The position numbers and the translations under genes are program-made. The notes below the pieces were generated by a model. It was not told the origin of the DNA and made no database searches. It saw only the letters and a program-made list of their open reading frames with translations. From the IMG/VR virus record IMGVR_UViG_3300042975_000096: a stretch of 64,000 bases of DNA. One strand, given 5' to 3'. Shown here piece by piece: positions 51,571-61,978 of the stretch. This stretch comes from a virus. Taxonomy: Duplodnaviria > Caudoviricetes. How positions within the stretch are numbered: position 1 is the first letter of the stretch; each line of letters opens with the position of its first letter.

Positions 51571-51963
51571 TTACCATCCAAACTGATTTTTGCAAGTGCA
51601 AATACGGATTGCATCACGTTCTGTAGCAAGCTTTTTCAATGCTGAATATATTTCCCACACAGCCATTCCATAACGACCTAAACCATACACTTTGCTTGCC
51701 AGCTCATATACCTGTTCCCGTTTCATCCTATACTGTTCTGCCAACTCATAATCGCCGTCTTCTTCTGCTTCATCAGCTCTTACCGCCAACAAGTCTGGCA
51801 TAGAATCAATCGCATTAAACCGAATGAATTCTGAAATAAAATACAACTTCTTCTTTTTACCCGTAGTTGTATTCTTTTCATAAAAATTGCCCTTATTGCG
51901 TACAACGCAAATATCCTCTCCATTATCTCCACTATGCTGAAAAACTCCATAACGCTCTTTCAT
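51571..51963 (-). CDS. Hypothetical protein
   Basis: Standard unit. Confidence 0.8.
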   Translation of the reverse strand: MKERYGVFQHSGDNGEDICVVRNKGNFYEKNTTTGKKKKLYFISEFIRFNAIDSMPDLLAVRADEAEEDGDYELAEQYRMKREQVYELASKVYGLGRYGMAVWEIYSALKKLATERDAIRICTCKNQFGW

Positions 51964-52132
51964 TTTTAATTACCTCTTTCTGCTCATTAACTCTTTTTTA
52001 ACTCTATGTATATAATACCATAGTTCTAGTTATTTGTCAACACTTTTTAAATTACAATTATTCAATTTCTAAATATTCTGAATTATTTATACGGTAAAAA
52101 AATCAAGAGGGGAATTATATCCCCTCTCAATC

Positions 52133-52627
52133 TTACTTGTTATTCATAAACTCATCGAACTTGTTTTTAAGGTCTTTCCATGTACCATCATTATTAAGGT
52201 CACTGGTTACTTCCTCAATGAAGTCCTCAATCTCGCTCTCTGGAACCTTCTGAAAAATTCCCGGTTCAGTACCGTCTGCATTACCATACCGCTCAAAAAA
52301 GTAATCAACCAAAACATTGTGCGCAATAGAATCAAGGTTGCAATAAAGAATGTCCTCATAATGGCATTCAATAGCCTCCCGGATAATTAAACTTAAATCG
52401 GCATTACTGGTGTCACACAGCCCTTCACTCAAAACACGTTCAATATCCTCTTTTGCATCCCATACTTTATCATACAATGTATTTTCATCAATAGGTACGT
52501 TATTTTCTGCAATATCATAGATTAAATCAGCAATACAAACGTCATCGTCTGAATCCTTCAGCATGTCGCACACGTCAACTTCATCGCCCATGTAATCATT
52601 GCACATATTGTAAGAACACTTTTCCAT
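52133..52627 (-). CDS. Very acidic Ocr (T7 gp0.3)-like DNA-mimic candidate
   Basis: DLIYDIAENNVPI...EGL.DT...D...II aligns by eye with Ocr DAIHMAADNAVPH...SGLMPDTKDVIRIL. Confidence 0.55.
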   Translation of the reverse strand: MEKCSYNMCNDYMGDEVDVCDMLKDSDDDVCIADLIYDIAENNVPIDENTLYDKVWDAKEDIERVLSEGLCDTSNADLSLIIREAIECHYEDILYCNLDSIAHNVLVDYFFERYGNADGTEPGIFQKVPESEIEDFIEEVTSDLNNDGTWKDLKNKFDEFMNNK

Positions 52628-52810
52628 TTTAATTTCCCTCTTTCTTTTTGTTTAACTCTTTCTTAACTCTGTATATATAATACCATAGCTATTGTTATTT
52701 GTCAATAGGTTTTTAAAAAATATTAATATTTTTATTATGAATCAATCATGACTTATCTATTTCTAAATATTCTGAATTCTTTTAGACGAATAAAAAAAAC
52801 AGACATGTAA

Positions 52811-53077
52811 TCATGCCTGTATTTTTTGTTTCATTGTGTCAGCCAACTGTAGAACAGAATAACATAGTGCTGAACGGATTGGTTTTATTTTTGCACATGT
52901 ATTACCAATTAATTCCACTTTTTTGTTAAATGTAATCCATAGCGATTTTGGAATCTGCATGTGTTGCATTTCCGCAAGCTTCATAAATTCCCGTCCTGTT
53001 ATTCCTGTTGTTTGAAATCTCACCTCCAACTCATGCTTTTTCGCTTCATATTCTTTAGGGCTGATTGTTATTTTCAT
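52811..53077 (-). CDS. Hypothetical protein (TGxEF family)
   Basis: ITGREFMKL. Confidence 0.65.
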   Translation of the reverse strand: MKITISPKEYEAKKHELEVRFQTTGITGREFMKLAEMQHMQIPKSLWITFNKKVELIGNTCAKIKPIRSALCYSVLQLADTMKQKIQA

Positions 53078-53508
53078 TATTCAGCCCTCTCAACAACATA
53101 CTTAATAGCATGTAGATTACTTTCAATTTTTGAAATTTCTTTCAGCAATTCACTTTGATATTTTCCTGTTTTTTTTGCAAGTGATTTCGGAACAAAAATC
53201 TCTGGGAAATTTCGTTCACACAAAATCTTATCGGCATGAATCAAAGTGCGCACTTTTTCATTGATTGATTCAATATATTCTTTTGATTCTTCAATTGTTT
53301 TGAAATTATTAAGATAACAATACCAAAAACCGCAAGCATCGTCATGAATATATGTGACAATGTAATTAGAATCTTTCAGTTCAATGGGAGCATTAGTTAC
53401 TCCAGAAGGTAGGTATTCGAACACAATCAGCTTTTTGTTGTTACAAATTTTTCTGCCAAATAATCTCTTGAACTGAATCGACGAATCAAACCTATCAATA
53501 TTAAACAT
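53077..53508 (-). CDS. Hypothetical protein
   Basis: RBS AGGAG. Confidence 0.75.
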   Translation of the reverse strand: MFNIDRFDSSIQFKRLFGRKICNNKKLIVFEYLPSGVTNAPIELKDSNYIVTYIHDDACGFWYCYLNNFKTIEESKEYIESINEKVRTLIHADKILCERNFPEIFVPKSLAKKTGKYQSELLKEISKIESNLHAIKYVVERAE

Positions 53509-53522
53509 CTTTATATCTCCTA

Positions 53523-53882
53523 TCAAAAATGTGTATACAGACCTGTCGTTTCAGTAAATACTTCCTGCAAAGTATCGCAAAACACACCGGGGATTATCTT
53601 AATCGTCTTTTTCGAACCAGTTGTAAACGTATAATCCTTGCGCATACGTGGCAATACAACCTTTTCAAATGTGAGCGTGTAATCATCCATGAAGGTCAAT
53701 GTAATGGTAAGCTTATTTGCGCCACTACTATTTCTAGGAAGTTTCATAGTTAGACCATTTTCAATATAACCAAAATCCTTTGCGCCAGTGAAGGTCGCAA
53801 AACGTCTTCCACCCAACTGAATAAGAATCGTCTTTGCAATTTCCTTATTCTTAATATTGTTTTCTGTCATATTTTCAACCAT
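53523..53882 (-). CDS. Hypothetical phage protein (IL.QLGG..F...TGAK...FT..TGLYT)
   Basis: Standard unit. Confidence 0.85.
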   Translation of the reverse strand: MVENMTENNIKNKEIAKTILIQLGGRRFATFTGAKDFGYIENGLTMKLPRNSSGANKLTITLTFMDDYTLTFEKVVLPRMRKDYTFTTGSKKTIKIIPGVFCDTLQEVFTETTGLYTHF

Positions 53883-54065
53883 TTCAAAAACCCCTTTTCT
53901 TTGTTTAACTCTTTCTTAACTCTGTTTATATAATACCACACAATATTATAAATGTCAACATGTTTTTTTAAATTTCGCCATAATCATTACTCTATTTCTA
54001 AATATTCTGAATTCTTTTAAGTGGCAAAAAATAAAGAGGACTAGTTATATAGTCCTCTCATATTA

Positions 54066-54281
54066 TTATGCTTCTACGGCAACATGGAGCTTGTCACATG
54101 CGTTTTGAAATTTCCATGTTGCTGAATTATACGAACCATTTACTACGTGCTCAATATGCGTTTTTGGAGAATGGATAACGATTTTATAACATTCATCATC
54201 CACCACTTCATAAAGGAAAACACGTGCTACATTTACAATACTACCGTCAAAAAATTCACGACTTTGGAACAGCTTTTTCAT
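54066..54281 (-). CDS. Hypothetical protein
   Basis: Standard unit; start refined. Confidence 0.7.
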   Translation of the reverse strand: MKKLFQSREFFDGSIVNVARVFLYEVVDDECYKIVIHSPKTHIEHVVNGSYNSATWKFQNACDKLHVAVEA

Positions 54282-54369
54282 TTTAACTCCCTCTTTCGTA
54301 TCCCTCTTAACTCTATATTTATAATACCACATGTTATTATAAATGTCAATAGGAATATAAAAAAGTTTT

Positions 54370-54861
54370 TCAAATCATACTCAAAATATCATTGATTCGT
54401 TTTTCTTCTCCATTGTGATACATAATCAGATAATTCGTTAATACCGTTTTTTTCATTTTTTTATCATTCGTATCAACTACGATTTCAACCACTTCAACCT
54501 CATTGTTGGTTTGTTTCAACACTTCTTGAATGTCAGTAAAAAAGATTTCTTTGCCGTTTAACTGAATGGAAAATTCCCCATCAACAAATTGCTGAATTGC
54601 TTTTGCGCGATTATTTCCGTCAAGAACAATAAACTTATTATCCTTGTTTCTATAAAAGATAATTCTTCCTGCATAATATCCCATAATAATAGAAATGATA
54701 TATTCTCTTTTACGTTCTAATGACCATTCATTTTCAATCGTACATACAAACTTAAATGAATTATTCCTACGTTTAGACAACTCACCCATAGCGAATTGTT
54801 CAAACATAGAAGAAAAACGATAGATTATTTGCCGTGGATTTTTATTTAAATTGATTTTCAT
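54370..54861 (-). CDS. Stand-alone DUF262 (ParB-like/GmrSD N-terminal) protein
   Basis: WS...K..YI.SII.GY..G.I.F...VLDGNNR..AI..F. Confidence 0.7.
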   Translation of the reverse strand: MKINLNKNPRQIIYRFSSMFEQFAMGELSKRRNNSFKFVCTIENEWSLERKREYIISIIMGYYAGRIIFYRNKDNKFIVLDGNNRAKAIQQFVDGEFSIQLNGKEIFFTDIQEVLKQTNNEVEVVEIVVDTNDKKMKKTVLTNYLIMYHNGEEKRINDILSMI

Positions 54862-55009
54862 TTTATTCCCCTCACTCTCTATCAATAACCTATTATTATA
54901 TTACTACATTTATTACTTTTTGTCAACCATTTTTTAATTTTATATTTCAGAATATTCTAAAATAATTATAAGGTATAAATAAATGGAGGGTATTTCTCCC
55001 TCCACATAT

Positions 55010-55588
55010 TTATTCAACTACACTCCAATTCATGTTTTTCCATCCAGGTAGCTTGCACATGAATCCATAGTTTTTTGATTTAAGGACTTTAGTCGCACGT
55101 TTTGCTTGACCGCCATATTTATTCCAATCCTTTTTTACAACAATAAATTCATCTTCTTTTTTGCCATTACTAAACATAACTGGTTTGGCAAATTTAATCA
55201 CTGAGCCAAAATCAAGTTTGTTACCTTGTTTATGTTTGTTGATTACTTCCCAACACTTTTCGCGCCAATTCTTTGCACAATCATTTTCTGGTTCAGACCG
55301 TTCAATGATGTTCATAATACGCTCTGGACAATTATAAAAATACGGCCCCATAGATTCAGACATTTCCTTATATGCCATATTATATCCATCACTACGTTCT
55401 TTTGTATCAATCAGTGCAACAAATGCACAATATCTTTTTTCTTTTGTATCATACATTGCACGATAATATTCTCTGAAATTTTTTACACACCCTTTGCCAA
55501 CAAAGTGTAGACGTTCCCACTGTACCTCTTTGTCAAAAAAATCATCAATCGTTTCTCCAAAATCTTTTACTGTACAAGTCCAACCCAT
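55010..55588 (-). CDS. DUF6927-like protein
   Basis: MGWT...YKEMSESMGP.FYNCP..I...WRE.C. Confidence 0.65.
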   Translation of the reverse strand: MGWTCTVKDFGETIDDFFDKEVQWERLHFVGKGCVKNFREYYRAMYDTKEKRYCAFVALIDTKERSDGYNMAYKEMSESMGPYFYNCPERIMNIIERSEPENDCAKNWREKCWEVINKHKQGNKLDFGSVIKFAKPVMFSNGKKEDEFIVVKKDWNKYGGQAKRATKVLKSKNYGFMCKLPGWKNMNWSVVE

Positions 55589-55790
55589 GATAATTACCTC
55601 TTTCCTTTTATTTAACTCATTTATCTCTTAACCATGTTTAAATAATACCATATATCATTGTAAATGTCAATAGGTTTTTTACATAATAAATAAAATTTTT
55701 TATAGTTTTATGATATGGAATTCTATTTCATAATAATCTGAAAACTTTTAGGCTAATAAAAATAGGGGCGCAATTGCGCCCCGTCCATTA

Positions 55791-56165
55791 TCAATTACAA
55801 TTGTTAAAACTATCAATAAGCTCCATAAGCTCGTAAAAGTTATCAACTCGTTCATTAAGATTATCTCCACAATCACATGCTTTTGCCCACACAATATTAA
55901 ATTTATCCTATGAAATTCCATATTCTTCTTTTAGCGAATTTTTCAATTCCTGCACTTTATTATCAAACGTTTCCCAATATTCATCTTGCGCCTTTTTCCT
56001 TGCATTTTTTGCGCATTCCTTTGCATTAATCCGTCCTTCTCTCAACTCTTTTGCCGTACCCACAAATGTTTCTTCAAACTCATTAAGAATCGATTCGTAA
56101 ATTTTAGAATCATTCGGATAATCAATTTCACCAATCTCTTTAATAATATCTTCACTGGTTTTCAT
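55791..56165 (-). pseudogene. Paralog of 9019..9405 with an in-frame TAG at 55908-55910
   Basis: Frame continues DKFNIVWAKA..., matching KVFDIVWQRA of the paralog. Confidence 0.7.
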
Positions 56166-56366
56166 TTTAATTACCTCTTTCTTTTTTCTTAACTCATTTA
56201 TCTCTTAACCATGCTTAAATAATACCATATATTATTATAATTGTCAATAGGTTTTTTACATAATCTATAAATAAATTTTTTTAGGATATGGAATTCTATT
56301 TCTAAATATTCTGAAAACTTTTAGGCTAATAAAAATAGAGGTCTATACCATAGACCTCTAAAGTTG

Positions 56367-56561
56367 TTATTCTTCGTCTTGCGCTTTTTCATATCCACTA
56401 CAAGTAGTAATAATTCCATTGCCTTTATCATCGTATCCAGTTCCGACCCTGAAAAACTCTGGCCAGCACCCATATTTATCATGCTCACATTTCAAGCAAA
56501 TGTCCTCACAAAAATATTTATCATTTCCGTTACGTTGCTCTTGCATTATATATCTCTCCAA
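56367..56561 (-). CDS. Cys-rich hypothetical protein
   Basis: Operon context. Confidence 0.6.
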   Translation of the reverse strand: MERYIMQEQRNGNDKYFCEDICLKCEHDKYGCWPEFFRVGTGYDDKGNGIITTCSGYEKAQDEE

Positions 56562-56565
56562 TCAA

Positions 56566-57000
56566 TCAAAAATCTTTCCATGCTACAATCATATTATATT
56601 TAATTTTAGCAACAGGGAAAACCTGCCGAACCATATACAAATAATCTGCTAAATTTTCACCTTCCATGGCTATGAATACACGACCACCAGGTTTAAGCAT
56701 ATAAGAAGAACGTTTTAATGTTTCCATCCGTTCTAATTCACCGAGCGTGTTCAATACATTAATGATTGTAGAGGTATCACAAGCCCCACGATAACGCAAT
56801 GCAATGTGATTAACCTTCTCCGGCAATTCAGAATCAAATCGAACATTCAATACTTCATTTTCTGCAAGATAATTACTTGCATTCATAAATTTTCCGCAAC
56901 GATTATCAAAGTTTGTATTCTCAAACTGATTATGATTCATTAACGTTTTATACCATTCAATATTTTTTACCAAAGAATCTGCTACATTATCCATATTCAA
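56566..57000 (-). CDS. Degenerate class I SAM methyltransferase-like protein
   Basis: D...INVLN.L...R...L.......LKPGG.VFI..EG; motif I eroded. Confidence 0.5.
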   Translation of the reverse strand: MNMDNVADSLVKNIEWYKTLMNHNQFENTNFDNRCGKFMNASNYLAENEVLNVRFDSELPEKVNHIALRYRGACDTSTIINVLNTLGELERMETLKRSSYMLKPGGRVFIAMEGENLADYLYMVRQVFPVAKIKYNMIVAWKDF

Positions 57001-57296
57001 ATCCCTCTTTTCTTAATTACCTCTCAATCTCTACTCTCTTATAATACCACTTTATATACTATTTGTCAACAAATTATTTATATAATATTATTATTTTCAA
57101 ACTAGTTTGAAAATTTAATGATGAAACAGGCAAGAATTAATCAATTCCTGCCTGTCTTTTGCTTCTATGAATGTAAGCTTCAATAATTGGTTCTTTACGC
57201 ATATCACGTCCATAATATTGTACTGTCTGCATATACAATTCATTTGCTAAAATTTCCAATACCTTTTCATATTTAACTTGTAAGTTTTCCATTTAA

Positions 57297-57548
57297 TTAC
57301 CAACTACCTTGAATTTTATGATTTAATTTATCCATATACAATATGATTTTGTTTTTCGTTGTATTTGCCAAATCAGCATAATTAAACGTGATTTCATTAT
57401 AACGTATTGTATTGATTCTATGTGTACATGTATTCTTTAATCTTGGAGCTATTTTCATTCCCATTTGCGTTAACAAAAGCACAAACTCCGACCCTGTTAT
57501 TCCATTATTCAAATATGATTGAATAAGCTGTTCTTTGTTCATAACCAC
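57297..57548 (-). CDS. Hypothetical protein (TGxEF family)
   Basis: ITGSEFVLL. Confidence 0.7.
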   Translation of the reverse strand: MVMNKEQLIQSYLNNGITGSEFVLLLTQMGMKIAPRLKNTCTHRINTIRYNEITFNYADLANTTKNKIILYMDKLNHKIQGSW

Positions 57549-57563
57549 TCACCACTATCATTT

Positions 57564-57893
57564 TTAATAACAAAAATTAGTTACTCTTTCCAAAAAAATC
57601 TGTCTATGGTCTTTATCCATTTTCCAAATTTCACGATATTCAGTTTGTGTGTTTACAATCGATAAGAACTCTTTTTCATTCATTTCATAATCAAACAAAA
57701 ATGGATTTTCAAATTCTTTAATGTATTTATCAACATATCGAACAATAATATTATGAATCTTGTGTGCACGTTTGCTTTGCCTGTTTTTAGCAGATTCATA
57801 TTCCATTATCATTAAATCAGAAATATTATCAAACATTTCCTTATTGCTATTATACACATTTTTTTTATTATAAAATCTCCACATATCTATCAC
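57564..57893 (-). CDS. Hypothetical protein, recent tandem paralog of 58006..58326
   Basis: Near-identical SKRAHKIHNIIVRY.DKYIKE. Confidence 0.8.
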   Translation of the reverse strand: MIDMWRFYNKKNVYNSNKEMFDNISDLMIMEYESAKNRQSKRAHKIHNIIVRYVDKYIKEFENPFLFDYEMNEKEFLSIVNTQTEYREIWKMDKDHRQIFLERVTNFCY

Positions 57894-58005
57894 TCCTATA
57901 CACTTTATCTTTACTATATATTATCACATATTTTAATAATTGTCAACAACAAAAAATAAAAAAGCAATAGACTTATTCTATTGCTTTTTCAGAATATTAT
58001 AAAAT

Positions 58006-58326
58006 TTAATAAATTCTAGTTAGCTCATAAGATAACTTTTTCAATGTATCATTTGTACTTGCATTCCAAACCTTTTTATATTCAGTTTGCGTATTAACAA
58101 TAGACATAAATTCTTTTTCGTTCATTTGATAATCAAATGGAAACGGATTCTCAATTTCTTTAATATATTTATCAATATATCGAACAATAATATTATGAAT
58201 CTTATGTGCTCTTTTTGATTCTCTATTAGCTAATGCACTATCTTCCATAAACATTAAATCAGCAATATTATCAAACATACGCTTATTAGCATTATAAACT
58301 GTTCCTTTGTTATAAAATATATACAT
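58006..58326 (-). CDS. Hypothetical protein, paralog of 57564..57893
   Basis: Near-identical SKRAHKIHNIIVRY.DKYIKE. Confidence 0.8.
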   Translation of the reverse strand: MYIFYNKGTVYNANKRMFDNIADLMFMEDSALANRESKRAHKIHNIIVRYIDKYIKEIENPFPFDYQMNEKEFMSIVNTQTEYKKVWNASTNDTLKKLSYELTRIY

Positions 58327-58344
58327 TCTTATATACCCCCTAAA

Positions 58345-58731
58345 TTACCAAGAAGAACAATAGTAGACTGCACATCCTGAAGTTACAAATCTCATTGCTT
58401 TTTCAACAAATGCTACGTCACTCATTTTGTCTTTTTTATTGTAAATACCCATAGGGATTAAGGAATTGCTCAATTTTGGTAGTGATGTATTAAACGAATT
58501 TGATTGTATATAATCATATAACCCAATCAAATCATTAATATCTAACCTTATAAGCTCACCGCAATAAAAACCTGGACCATTTTTTTCTGTGAATAAGTCA
58601 GACATCCAACGATTTATAAATCTGTGATTATTCCAATAATATATTTCTTCCATTTTTTTCTTGTCAATTACGCTAAAATCATCACGTACATTGCTACGTT
58701 CTGTTGCGTATGCAAACATATCCAATCCCAT
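58345..58731 (-). CDS. Hypothetical phage protein (MGLDM...YW...I..W...Y.SSW)
   Basis: Start refined after AAGGTGG. Confidence 0.8.
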   Translation of the reverse strand: MGLDMFAYATERSNVRDDFSVIDKKKMEEIYYWNNHRFINRWMSDLFTEKNGPGFYCGELIRLDINDLIGLYDYIQSNSFNTSLPKLSNSLIPMGIYNKKDKMSDVAFVEKAMRFVTSGCAVYYCSSW

Positions 58732-58806
58732 TATATCACCACCTTTTTTCAAAAAATTATGAATCATTTCTTACAAAACAATAAGAGGGATTTACCCTCT
58801 CATGTT

Positions 58807-59814
58807 TTACTTTTTCAAGTTACCTAAATATTCTTCGTACACATCACACACAAACGAATTAATTCTTTTTTCGTCAACCTGTTCTGGAAGTTTAGACGTT
58901 TCATACGCTTCTTGTAGTTCACGTTCCAACTTCTTCTGCAAACTAAACACCTTATCAAAATCATATTCGCCATTACGAATACTCATAAGTAAATCGTGTT
59001 CTTTATCTCTATATGTATGGATTTCCATGTTATTGAGAATATCCAATCCCATATAGTAAAGTCTAACCAAATGCATTGCGTGTTTGCGCAAATGTGGAAT
59101 ATCCTTTTTGTGATTGCGCTTATTCAGTTTTCCATAATTTCTAATCATGTTATTCATGGACGAATTAAGGTTTATAAAATCACGCAATGGAACATTAGAA
59201 AATTTACCGTCAATATAAATTTCTGTATCAAAATCATCTTTTTGCGATTCTTCAATATGAAATTTGATATTACTTTCAACGTCAAAATTCTTATACAAAT
59301 CTTTTGATACGCGCATTTCATTTTCAAGCGATTTCATAATATGCTTTTCCTTTTCCGTCTGCGGATAAAAATCTCTTGCCAAAGCATTTTCCAATCGTCT
59401 TAACTGCGCCGTTGCATATCCTGCAAAAGTATAAAATGCTTTTTTTGATAAAAACATATTACTGTTATCAATCATATATTTGCCAATATGATTGCAATAG
59501 ATAACGTCTTTAGTACCTAACAACTCAATTACATTAGGATTGCAACCTTTTAACAATGTAATTAGTTTTTTGAAACCATAAATACACGTATCTGTATCGG
59601 AATCATCAAACTGCTCAAAATGATTAAATGCTAAGATTTCTTCTTGCGTTTCCATACAACCGCCACGCAAATCAAAATCTGACCCCTCAATATTTGTACC
59701 ATAAGAATGTGAACCACCTGGAACCAACAGAAACAAATTGCTCAAATGCTTTTCAGTTCTCAAAAAATCATAGTCCTTTGATTCAAGTAGCTTTTTAACT
59801 TTTGTCATATCCAT
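58807..59814 (-). CDS. Pol-beta-fold nucleotidyltransferase, RlaP/YcgL-like
   Basis: GSHSYGTN...SDFDLRG, CNPN.IELL, F.GYA..QL, KHAMHLVRL. Confidence 0.85.
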   Translation of the reverse strand: MDMTKVKKLLESKDYDFLRTEKHLSNLFLLVPGGSHSYGTNIEGSDFDLRGGCMETQEEILAFNHFEQFDDSDTDTCIYGFKKLITLLKGCNPNVIELLGTKDVIYCNHIGKYMIDNSNMFLSKKAFYTFAGYATAQLRRLENALARDFYPQTEKEKHIMKSLENEMRVSKDLYKNFDVESNIKFHIEESQKDDFDTEIYIDGKFSNVPLRDFINLNSSMNNMIRNYGKLNKRNHKKDIPHLRKHAMHLVRLYYMGLDILNNMEIHTYRDKEHDLLMSIRNGEYDFDKVFSLQKKLERELQEAYETSKLPEQVDEKRINSFVCDVYEEYLGNLKK

Positions 59815-59998
59815 AGTATCTTACCTCATATTATATTTCAAATTCAATTCTTTCGTTGCTTTTTCTGTATAATCTTTTTTATTTGTTATATATAATACCA
59901 TAATATAGTTCATTTGTCAACTGATTTTTCATTTTTTTATTTTCAGAATATTATAAAACATAAATATTAAAAAGGTGCGGTTTTACCGCACCTACTTT

Positions 59999-60313
59999 TT
60001 AGCAATACATTTCTTTTTTAATATTCTTGATTCTTGTTCGCATTTGTTGCTGAACATCGTATTCAATAGCCATATCATTTTTGATTTCAGCTTTTGCCAT
60101 TTCAACATCGTTCTTTGCCGTATGACAATCAAGTAAACTACCTAAAGCCATAGCCACACAAAGTGCCTTATTTGCTTCATTTGCACTTCCTTGAATGTCA
60201 TGAAAAGCAGAAGCATAAATGTATCGAATATAATTTGCATTAATCAACGCCGTCATTTTATCATAATTTAAAGATTTTTCAACAACTCTAATCGCTTCAA
60301 CCGTACTATTCAT
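59999..60313 (-). CDS. Hypothetical protein
   Basis: RBS GAGGTG. Confidence 0.7.
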   Translation of the reverse strand: MNSTVEAIRVVEKSLNYDKMTALINANYIRYIYASAFHDIQGSANEANKALCVAMALGSLLDCHTAKNDVEMAKAEIKNDMAIEYDVQQQMRTRIKNIKKEMYC

Positions 60314-60322
60314 TTTTGCACC

Positions 60323-60568
60323 TCAAATCAATGTATCAAGATATTTATAAACGTCATTAACATGCGAACTCAGCCATTTTTCAAAGTTTTCTTCTCCACC
60401 GAGTTCATCCTCATTTGTTTCATCGATTTTCATATCTTCGGTAAACAAATCCCAAAGTTCACAACGTGTTTCCCAATAATCAAGTACATGATTTTTATAA
60501 ACGAATGTATCCTCGCCATTTTGTTTAACATAGGTCAATTCCTTCAATACATCAAACCAATTTTCCAT
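60323..60568 (-). CDS. Acidic protein, paralog of 41209..41466
   Basis: Shared motifs. Confidence 0.75.
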   Translation of the reverse strand: MENWFDVLKELTYVKQNGEDTFVYKNHVLDYWETRCELWDLFTEDMKIDETNEDELGGEENFEKWLSSHVNDVYKYLDTLI

Positions 60569-60718
60569 TACAATTACCTCTCTCTTTTTTAACTTTAGTT
60601 ATATTATAGCATTATATTATTCATTTGTCAATGATTTTTTATATATTTTATTTCATAATAATCTGAAAACTAAAATGAAACAATAAAAAAGGGGAAGCAA
60701 TAATCTTCCCCTTTTTTA

Positions 60719-61978
60719 TTAATCATCCTCTGACGTGTTCATTAAGTCTGTAATTCGATAATCTTTACCACAAATCTCACTCATTTTTATATACTGTGGC
60801 GTTGAACTTTGAAGTTTGAATTTAATTACATTGTATTCATAATTGTTCATTTTGCTAAACATATAAGATTGATATTGTTTTGGTATGGATTTTCTAATAA
60901 ACAATGCTTGTTCTTTTCTGCCAACATTTTTTGGAACTGATTCCCAATAGGAATTGATTGAATCATTCTCTTTTTTGATATAATCATATACAACATTTGC
61001 AATAGCATTGATACGGTCTTTATATGCCGTTGGCACTTTACTAATCAAATCGTCATAATATTCATCCGCGATTGCACGAATAATAACATTTGCTGACGAA
61101 TAAAAATTAAGCATTTTATGAATATCGACATAATCAGTACATTTCATTTTGTACATATATCCGTCAATGAAAAGTACCCATCCTTCTTTTTCTGTGCTTT
61201 TGTAATCGTCAACTGCTTTTTCAATCTGGTCAAACGTTCTCGTTTCAATCTCCGTCATGCTTACATGATATTTATCTGCAACCTGCTTTACTTCATTATA
61301 TGAAAACTGTTTGCCTGTATTATTGTCACGAATTCCAATCAAATACAATCCCTGTTGTTCTTTCGTATACTCAACAACATGTTTATCTTTTAATGAAATA
61401 TATTCAAAGATGAATGTTTTGCCAACATTTTCCATAATCATTGTTTTATGATTATCCGTTAAAAACAAATATCCTTCTTCTAGTCGAAACGACATAGCAG
61501 GATTCAATGATTGCGAACCACTCATAACAATTTTACCATTGTAATAACTTGCTGACTGCATTGAACCATCAAGTTTGTTTGCAATTTCCACGCATTTTGC
61601 ATGAGCAATTTTATCCAAAACAATATCGACATTAGTTTCTTCAATCTCGTTCACATTAAAGAACTTATGGAATGGACACAATACAATTTCATCCGTTTTC
61701 ATATCAATAACTAATGAGCGCATTTCACGATAAATAGAATTAACATTAGAATACAAATCAATATCTCCACCTTTAACAAGTGAATATTTGAAAAGGTTCA
61801 GTGTTCCATATACAGTGATATTGACACAATCCAAAAAGTTATTGTATTCTTTTGTATTCAACTTTTGACACATATCATCGATAGAATATGTATCAACTTT
61901 CCCAAACTGATTAACATAATCCTGTTTGATTTTCATGATATATTGATATGCATTATTCCACTCATAATTCATTTTCAT
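60719..61978 (-). CDS. T4 Rnl1-like RNA ligase
   Basis: PFHKFFN.NE, KLDGS (motif I), FEYI, EGWV, KMK. Confidence 0.88.
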   Translation of the reverse strand: MKMNYEWNNAYQYIMKIKQDYVNQFGKVDTYSIDDMCQKLNTKEYNNFLDCVNITVYGTLNLFKYSLVKGGDIDLYSNVNSIYREMRSLVIDMKTDEIVLCPFHKFFNVNEIEETNVDIVLDKIAHAKCVEIANKLDGSMQSASYYNGKIVMSGSQSLNPAMSFRLEEGYLFLTDNHKTMIMENVGKTFIFEYISLKDKHVVEYTKEQQGLYLIGIRDNNTGKQFSYNEVKQVADKYHVSMTEIETRTFDQIEKAVDDYKSTEKEGWVLFIDGYMYKMKCTDYVDIHKMLNFYSSANVIIRAIADEYYDDLISKVPTAYKDRINAIANVVYDYIKKENDSINSYWESVPKNVGRKEQALFIRKSIPKQYQSYMFSKMNNYEYNVIKFKLQSSTPQYIKMSEICGKDYRITDLMNTSEDD

